A stretch of 30,952 nucleotides of DNA from Candidatus Omnitrophota bacterium (lineage in GTDB: Bacteria; Omnitrophota; Omnitrophia; Omnitrophales; Aquincolibacteriaceae): the NCBI GenBank assembly GCA_043803685.1, contig JAZDJU010000108.1, positions 1 to 30,952 of the forward strand, given 5' to 3'. Position 1 is the stretch's first letter, and each line of letters opens with the position of its first letter. The position numbers and the translations under genes were made by a program. Below the pieces are notes generated by a model, which was not told the DNA's origin, searched no databases, and was given only the letters and a program-made list of their open reading frames with translations. Positions 24,916 to 30,952 of the stretch are shown one piece after another.

Positions 24916-27216
24916 TCAAACAGGCTTGGGTTGCCGTAGTGGTAGCGTGAAGGAAAAGACGCTTCCTTTCTTGTATTCCGACTCCATCTCGATCTTGCCG
25001 TGATGTTTCTCGATGATCTTCTTGCAGATAGCAAGCCCCAACCCCGTGCCGCCGGGGGCCGTGAGTTTCCCGGACTCCAGCTGCCCGAATTTCCTGAAAA
25101 GCTTCGGCGCATCTTTTTGTTGAATGCCGATTCCCGTGTCTCTGATGGAAACTTTTACGCCTTGGGGATCCGTTCCCGTCGCGATGGTAATTTCCCCCTG
25201 AAGGGTGAATTTAATGGCGTTCTGCAAGAAATTCGTAAGAACTTGAACGATCTTGTCACGATCCAGATCGATCTCCGGAAGGTCTTTGGCAAGCGTGAGC
25301 TTTAGAACAAGGTTCTTGTTCTCCACTAGGGGGCGCATGGATGTTCCTACCTCCTGGATGATCTGAGTCAGGTTCTCTTTTTGCATGCGAAACTCGACCA
25401 CGCCGGCTTCGAGTTTATGGAATGCGAGCACGTCATTGACAAGACGCACGAGGCGGTCAATGCAACGCTTGGAAATGCTCAGGACCTCTCTTTGTTCGGG
25501 CGTGAGCGCGCCCGTAAGTCCTTCGAGCACGATGCTCAAGCCCTCTTTTACTGAGTGGATAGGCGTTCGGAGCTCGTGGGAGACCATTTGGATCAGCTCG
25601 GCCTTGATCTCGAGGGCTTCCTGGTATTTGTGCTCCGTCACGTCCTTGGCGAAGCAGTAGAAGCCGTCAAAGTTCTGGTTTTTGTCCAAATTTTTAACAA
25701 GGACGAGGTATTGGTGAAAGATGGAGCCGTTTTTCCGGATCACCTTGACCTCAGTTTCGGCCTTACCGGTTTCCTGCATTTCGTCAAAAGCTCGTTGGGC
25801 TTTGTCCGTGTCCTCAGGACAAATGGTGGAGAGCCGATCCAAACCCGTCATTTCCTCTTGGGCGTACCCCATCATGGCGGCATAAGCCTTGTTGACGCGC
25901 AGGAATTTTTTGTGGGTATCAAGGCGGGCGATACCGTCGAGAGCGTTTTCCATGGCCATGGAAATTTCCCGCATTCGCTGCTCACTTTGAATTTTTTCCG
26001 TGATGTCCTCGGAAATACCGAGAAGATAAACGGGTTTTCCCTCGTGATTCAAAATGGGGATCTTTTTAGTGTGAAGGATGCGGAGGCCCTTTTTCTGGGT
26101 GTGGATGGGTTCTTCGGGGATCTCCAAAAGCGTTCCCCCGCGCAGAGCCTCCTTGTCTTTCTCGAAAAAGAAATCGGCCTCGGATGACGGAAAGAATGAG
26201 TAATCGTTCTTGCCAAAAAGCTCTTCGCGCTTTAGCCCTAGCAGATTTTCTCCCGCGCGGTTAAAGCGCACAAAGCGAAGCTCTTCCGCGTCCTTGATGA
26301 ACACCATGTCCGGGATGTTTTCAATGACGGAATCCAAAAAAGTGTTTGTTTGGCGCAGTTTTTTTTCGGTCCGGATGCGTTCGTCGATCTGCTCACGCAG
26401 CTCCTCGTTGGTGAGCCCTAGCTGGCGGGTTTTCTGTTCGAGTTCGGCAGTTCTTTCGGAGACTTTGAGCTCCAAAGCTTCGTTGATATTCTTCAGTCGG
26501 CGCAAGTAGGTCCCGAGGTCTTTAAGCGTTGGCAAAAATACCAACGCGCCGATCACGGCCAGGCAAAAGAAATTCAGGACAAAAAGACCGCCCCCGATTT
26601 TTTTAAGGAGCGTAAGTTCGGCGGCGCTATTTTTTTGAAAAGCGTTGACCGTGGCACGCAACGAGAGCGAGACCTTCGTGCTCTTGGACTGGAATGCAAG
26701 AAGGTGGGGATTATCCGGGCGGACCCGGATTGGAGAACCCAGGAGAAACTTTTTTAGCCCGGAAAAGTAGTCTCCGACATCCTCGTTCAGTGAAGAAGAG
26801 GCATGCGGTTGCCGGAGATAGAGATGGCGGATTTTCCGGACAAGCACCACGGGGAGTCCTGATTTTTCGGATGCGATATCGTTGGAAGTCGTGCTGAAGA
26901 CAAGGAGGTTTTTAAGACCCTGATGAATGTCTTCGCGGAGCATTTGTCGCTCCGGATAATCGATTGACTGGGCGTACGTGAGGGCCAGGAAAGTTGTTTT
27001 TTGGACAAGGCCGTATTGCCCCTCGAGAAAACCCAAAAGGACCGTGTTCTGTTCAGCGCGGCGGATCTCATAGTGCATGATCCCAAAATTGCCGACGGCA
27101 AAAAAGAGCAGGAAAATGAAAGACAGCAAGAACTTCAGGTTGGTGAGGAAAAGAACCCGGTCTCTTTTTGGTTTTTTGGGCGGCGGAGGGGCTTCCACTC
27201 CTTCAGCGAAATTCAT
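24916..27216 (-). CDS. Membrane-bound PAS-domain sensor histidine kinase
   Basis: Two TM segments, coiled coil, two PAS/PAC domains (EDITE, KDVTE), VSHELRTP H-box, NAIKF, DTGIGI, GTGLGL. Confidence 0.92.
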   Translation of the reverse strand: MNFAEGVEAPPPPKKPKRDRVLFLTNLKFLLSFIFLLFFAVGNFGIMHYEIRRAEQNTVLLGFLEGQYGLVQKTTFLALTYAQSIDYPERQMLREDIHQGLKNLLVFSTTSNDIASEKSGLPVVLVRKIRHLYLRQPHASSSLNEDVGDYFSGLKKFLLGSPIRVRPDNPHLLAFQSKSTKVSLSLRATVNAFQKNSAAELTLLKKIGGGLFVLNFFCLAVIGALVFLPTLKDLGTYLRRLKNINEALELKVSERTAELEQKTRQLGLTNEELREQIDERIRTEKKLRQTNTFLDSVIENIPDMVFIKDAEELRFVRFNRAGENLLGLKREELFGKNDYSFFPSSEADFFFEKDKEALRGGTLLEIPEEPIHTQKKGLRILHTKKIPILNHEGKPVYLLGISEDITEKIQSEQRMREISMAMENALDGIARLDTHKKFLRVNKAYAAMMGYAQEEMTGLDRLSTICPEDTDKAQRAFDEMQETGKAETEVKVIRKNGSIFHQYLVLVKNLDKNQNFDGFYCFAKDVTEHKYQEALEIKAELIQMVSHELRTPIHSVKEGLSIVLEGLTGALTPEQREVLSISKRCIDRLVRLVNDVLAFHKLEAGVVEFRMQKENLTQIIQEVGTSMRPLVENKNLVLKLTLAKDLPEIDLDRDKIVQVLTNFLQNAIKFTLQGEITIATGTDPQGVKVSIRDTGIGIQQKDAPKLFRKFGQLESGKLTAPGGTGLGLAICKKIIEKHHGKIEMESEYKKGSVFSFTLPLRQPKPV

Positions 27217-28910
27217 TCCGGTCTTCCCAAGAAATAGCCCTGGCCGTATTTGACACCCAGCTCTTTGAGACGCTCAAAATCCTCTTTGGTTTCAATGCCT
27301 TCCGCGATCACCTCGGCACCAAGGTCTTCGGCGATCTTTAAAACGCGGCAAAGGGACCGTTCGATGTGAAGGTCCTGGGCGATCCCACGGACATATTTTT
27401 TATCCAGCTTGATCACGTCCGGTTCGAGAAGGATGAGGCTTTCGAGGCATGTATTGCCGAATCCCACGTCATCGATGGCCACGGAAACGCCACAACGCTT
27501 AAACTCCTCCACCGGGACGATCAGATGGGAGGTATCCCCGAGGATCTGCTGCTCGCTGATCTCCAAACAGTAACTTTGGGCGGGACAGTTTTCCGACAAT
27601 TTTTCGATGAACTCTTCCGCCGCAACATCAATCATCGTCGCGGGGAAAAGATTGATATGGCGGCGCATCTGGGGTGAAAGATCGGTGGCTGCGGAGACGC
27701 AAGAACGGAAGCAGTGACGATCCACCAGAGGCAGGATATTGTTTTCCATGGCGACACGGAAGAACTCGTCCGGCATGTGGACGCCGTCATTCTTAAACCG
27801 GGAAAGGAACTCGTAGCCGATAAGCGATTGGTCCGCGAGGCGCAAAATGGGTTGTTTGAGTGAGAAAAAATCATGGCCCAGACGCATCAATTCTGTCATG
27901 TGTCCCGAAGCCGGGCTTTGGGTGTATTCTTCCGCTTCTAGGGGAGGTGGGTAAGAGATCCTGTTCTTTCCTTCATTTTTGCTTTGTCTCAGAAGGGGGT
28001 CTGAAATCGCAAGAAGGTCATCGACCGAAGCGGTGTAGGCCGGGACCTTTGTGAGCCCAAAGCTCGCGGTGATCCGGATAGATTCCCTTTCGGAGACAAC
28101 GAGCGTGGTATTTGAAATGGCGACCCGGAGTCTCTCGGCAAGGTTAAGACCTTCCTTGAAGGGAGTTTTGGGAAGCAATAAGATAAATTCGTCTCCGCCG
28201 ATTCTTGCCACATGATCCGAGACGCGTACGGACTCCTGGATCTTTTTGGCGATCTCTTTGAGAAGGACATCTCCTACCGGGTGTCCCAGGGAATCGTTGA
28301 TCTTTTTGAAGTCGTCGATGTCGAGAAAAAGCACCATGAGCTTCCCGCCTTCGCGGGAAAGGATCTGGAGTTCCCGGCGGAGGGCTTGCTGGAGGCCGCG
28401 GCGGTTAAAAAGCTCCGTGAGAGGATCCAGAAGGGCCATGGTTTCAAGACGCAGGTTCGATTCCCGCAGGCGCTCGGTGACGGACGCCAGTTTTTCCTTG
28501 ATGTGGTGACGATCCATAGCGTGATGGATCACGCGAAGGAGCAGTCTGGAATTGATCTCGCCCTTAACCAAATAATCCTCGGCGCCCTTACGCACAGCAT
28601 CAATCGCGAGGTCATCACTGTCCAGGCCGCTCATGATCACGATCGGTGTGTGGCGGGCCTGGGAGTGAACCGCGGTAAAAGTTTGAATGCCCGAGGAATC
28701 CGGGAGCATGAGATCCAAAAGGATCAGGTCCCAATCCTTATCCGATAGGGCTGCCAGGGCTTCTTTCAGGGTGAGGAAGTGCACGATCTCTAAGGTCGGG
28801 TTTTTCTCATTTTCGAGGCGGATCTTCAAGAGCTCCGCAAAATCCGGGTCATCCTCAACGAGAAGGATCTTTAAGCCGGGCTGTGTAAGTTTCTCCTGAT
28901 CCATCGTCAC
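27213..28910 (-). CDS. Response regulator REC-GGDEF-EAL (diguanylate cyclase/phosphodiesterase)
   Basis: LLVEDD...LLDLMLP receiver; DPLTELFNRR, DIDDFK, RVSD I-site, GGDEF; EAL variant EFL, IDDVGFG, AEGIET, QGY. Confidence 0.92.
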   Translation of the reverse strand: MTMDQEKLTQPGLKILLVEDDPDFAELLKIRLENEKNPTLEIVHFLTLKEALAALSDKDWDLILLDLMLPDSSGIQTFTAVHSQARHTPIVIMSGLDSDDLAIDAVRKGAEDYLVKGEINSRLLLRVIHHAMDRHHIKEKLASVTERLRESNLRLETMALLDPLTELFNRRGLQQALRRELQILSREGGKLMVLFLDIDDFKKINDSLGHPVGDVLLKEIAKKIQESVRVSDHVARIGGDEFILLLPKTPFKEGLNLAERLRVAISNTTLVVSERESIRITASFGLTKVPAYTASVDDLLAISDPLLRQSKNEGKNRISYPPPLEAEEYTQSPASGHMTELMRLGHDFFSLKQPILRLADQSLIGYEFLSRFKNDGVHMPDEFFRVAMENNILPLVDRHCFRSCVSAATDLSPQMRRHINLFPATMIDVAAEEFIEKLSENCPAQSYCLEISEQQILGDTSHLIVPVEEFKRCGVSVAIDDVGFGNTCLESLILLEPDVIKLDKKYVRGIAQDLHIERSLCRVLKIAEDLGAEVIAEGIETKEDFERLKELGVKYGQGYFLGRPE

Positions 28911-28960
28911 AACCTCTCTTTCGAGTCGGGACCCTTTCCCCGGGCTCTTGTTTTCGAGGC

Positions 28961-29386
28961 TTAAGAATCCGGAAGGATTTTTTTGATCACTTCGTAAAGA
29001 TCGCTGAATTCATAAGGCTTTGTTAAATAAGCGTCGGCACCGATCACCTTGCCAAGGATCTTGTCGACCATGGAATCTTTTCCGGTCAGCATGATGATGG
29101 GGATCTTTATCAGCCTCTCGTCAAAACTTTCACGAAGCGCCTTGCAAACCTCTTCGCCGGGAAGCTGGGGGAGCATAAGATCGAGAATAATGAGATCGGG
29201 GATCGTTTCCGTCGCTTCTTTAAGGCCGGTCATCCCATCGGATGCTACAGAAACCGTAAACCCAAGATTTTGAAGACGCATACTCAGGAACTTGCTGGCG
29301 CTGTATTCGTCTTCGACGACAAGAACTCGTTTATTGTTGGTGGGAACCTTTTTCATAGGAGCGCTTGTTTCAGCAGGAGCCTTCAT
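28961..29386 (-). CDS. Single-domain response regulator (REC)
   Basis: VLVVEDE, PDLIILDLMLP, PIIMLT, GADAYLTKP; GGAGG RBS. Confidence 0.9.
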   Translation of the reverse strand: MKAPAETSAPMKKVPTNNKRVLVVEDEYSASKFLSMRLQNLGFTVSVASDGMTGLKEATETIPDLIILDLMLPQLPGEEVCKALRESFDERLIKIPIIMLTGKDSMVDKILGKVIGADAYLTKPYEFSDLYEVIKKILPDS

Positions 29387-29740
29387 TTTAAGACCTCCGT
29401 TCTCACGCGTAAACCCTTATCACGGAAAAGGGCCGCCGGAGCTTGGGTCGTTTTTCAAAAGAGCGCGACAGAAAAAAACTTCGACTTTCTTTACTTCTAA
29501 AAGAAGTATATCTTCTCAATACAGGAAAGCCAAGAGGGATGTTTTAAAAGGGTGTTTTTGCTATCAAGAGATTTAATAAGAGCGATTTTACGTCTATCCG
29601 AGTTTGCTGGATCCATTCTTGCGAGGGGAAGGCGGGGCCCTTCGAGCCGCGGGCAAAGAGAAAAACTATCTCAGAAATCCCTCAACATCAGCGCGCCCCG
29701 ATGTCACTGCCTGAAAATTCTACTTGTAGGATGTGGACCA

Positions 29741-29749
29741 TGTTACGAT
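29741..29749 (+). promoter_or_regulatory. Possible extended -10 element for the radical SAM gene
   Basis: TG-T-TACGAT, 46 bp upstream of ATG 29796. Confidence 0.3.
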
Positions 29750-29795
29750 ATTCGTGAGCTTGTATGAAGAAAAGAGCCCAGAGACTTTTTTAAAA

Positions 29796-30952
29796 ATGCA
29801 ACCGAGCTTATTGCTGATATTCGAATCTCCCCGGAAAAGAAAATTTTATGCGAACACCCTTCCTCCCATCGGCATCCTGGGCATAGCCGCGTATCTTCGA
29901 AAGAGAAATATCCCCGTTGATGTGATCGACCGCAACGTTGATCCTGACAAAAAAGCAAACCTCGACTCTTATGACGTGATCGGTTTCAGCATCAATATGG
30001 CCAACGTTGCGTCTTCTTTAGAATCTATCCGATCCGTAAAAAGACAAAATCCGAAAATAAAGATCATTGTTGGCGGCCCGAGCTGCATTTCAAACCCACA
30101 GTACTTTACGCGCCAGGAAGATATTGATGCGGTTTGTGAGGGGGAGGGCGAAGAAGCTCTTTTGGAGTATGTTGAAAGCCAAGGTTGCCTGGGCGGTAAA
30201 TTAATAGCGGGATTATACACCCGGACGAAAGAGGGGAGCTGTGTTTACGGCGGCATACGGAAACACATAAGCGATCTAGACGAACTTCCTTTTCCCGCGT
30301 TCGACGCAGTCTCTCTTAGAAAATACAATGTTCCGATCGGGAAAGGCTTTCCCGTGTCAGGGATTGTGACTTCAAGAGGATGCCCCTTCCAGTGCATATT
30401 TTGCTTTCATTCGATGGGCCATGAATGGCGGGCAAGATCTTCCGAGAATGTTGTGAACGAGATCGAGTGGCAGGTCAAGACATTCGGGGTTAAAGAAATA
30501 TGCATTTTAGATGACAATTTTTCCCTGGACCCTGTGAGGGCAGAACGGATCTTCGACATGATCCTTAAGCGCCAGATCAAGGTTCGATTTCAATTTACGC
30601 ATGGCCTGAGGATCGATGCCCTGACCCCAGCCTTATTAAAAAAAATGTCTCAGGCCGGAGTTTGGTTGTTAGGGATCGCCCCTGAAACAGGGAGTTCGAG
30701 AATCAACGAGGAGATTAAAAAGAACGCAGACCTTGGGAAGTTTAAACAGGTTGTGCGGTGGTGCCAAGAGGTCGGCATCAACACTTTTGCCTTTTTCATG
30801 ATAGGTTTTCCCTTTGAATCTATGGAAGACATTCAAAAAACAGCCGCTTTTATCGAAGCCTTGGATGCGGACTTTATTCAGCTCTCGCGAGTTACGGCAT
30901 TTCCGGGAACGCCCCTCTATGATTTAGTGGGCGCTGATGATGAGGCCGTGTT
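29796..30952 (+). CDS. Cobalamin-binding radical SAM protein, 3'-truncated by the window edge; not in the ORF track
   Basis: MQPSLLLI...PPIGILGIAAYL...DVIGFS...IIVGGP...CEGEGE...TSRGCPFQCIFC (CxxxCxxC)...DDNF; frame appears open to the window end. Confidence 0.88.
   Translation, partial: MQPSLLLIFESPRKRKFYANTLPPIGILGIAAYLRKRNIPVDVIDRNVDPDKKANLDSYDVIGFSINMANVASSLESIRSVKRQNPKIKIIVGGPSCISNPQYFTRQEDIDAVCEGEGEEALLEYVESQGCLGGKLIAGLYTRTKEGSCVYGGIRKHISDLDELPFPAFDAVSLRKYNVPIGKGFPVSGIVTSRGCPFQCIFCFHSMGHEWRARSSENVVNEIEWQVKTFGVKEICILDDNFSLDPVRAERIFDMILKRQIKVRFQFTHGLRIDALTPALLKKMSQAGVWLLGIAPETGSSRINEEIKKNADLGKFKQVVRWCQEVGINTFAFFMIGFPFESMEDIQKTAAFIEALDADFIQLSRVTAFPGTPLYDLVGADDEAV

Noticed and set aside
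29387..29795. c-di-GMP or cobalamin riboswitch, or small ORFs, in the divergent intergenic region
   Set aside because: No GEMM or B12-box motif is recognisable by eye, and the short ORFs lack RBS and coding features. Treated as a divergent promoter region.

Overview
Bacterial chromosomal window. The housekeeping gene order (polA-coaE-rho-rpmE-prfA-prmC, then rpsP-trmD-rplS-rnhB without rimM) suggests a PVC-superphylum organism, possibly Omnitrophota-like; this is inference only. From left to right: a fabG(partial)-fabF-bioF-bioA-bioD cluster; an rnfC-D-(mini G)-E-A-like operon whose subunits have lost nearly all flavin and Fe-S attachment motifs and which is followed by pilT rather than rnfB; a ~180-nt 6S-RNA-like structured leader; the housekeeping block; an Omp85-family barrel gene paired with a secreted kinase-fold protein with degenerate catalytic motifs; a reverse-strand REC / REC-GGDEF-EAL / PAS-histidine-kinase signalling trio; and a partial B12-binding radical SAM gene. 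The most notable non-coding feature is a 154-bp element present in three copies. It consists of four ~35-38-nt hairpins joined by CAG linkers, is flanked by 4-bp YTAG direct repeats, and always sits exactly at a gene's TAG stop codon. A diverged two-hairpin relative sits at the fabG stop. Three intergenic hairpins built from different 7-mer repeats are also present. All calls come from manual reading of motifs; no searches were run.
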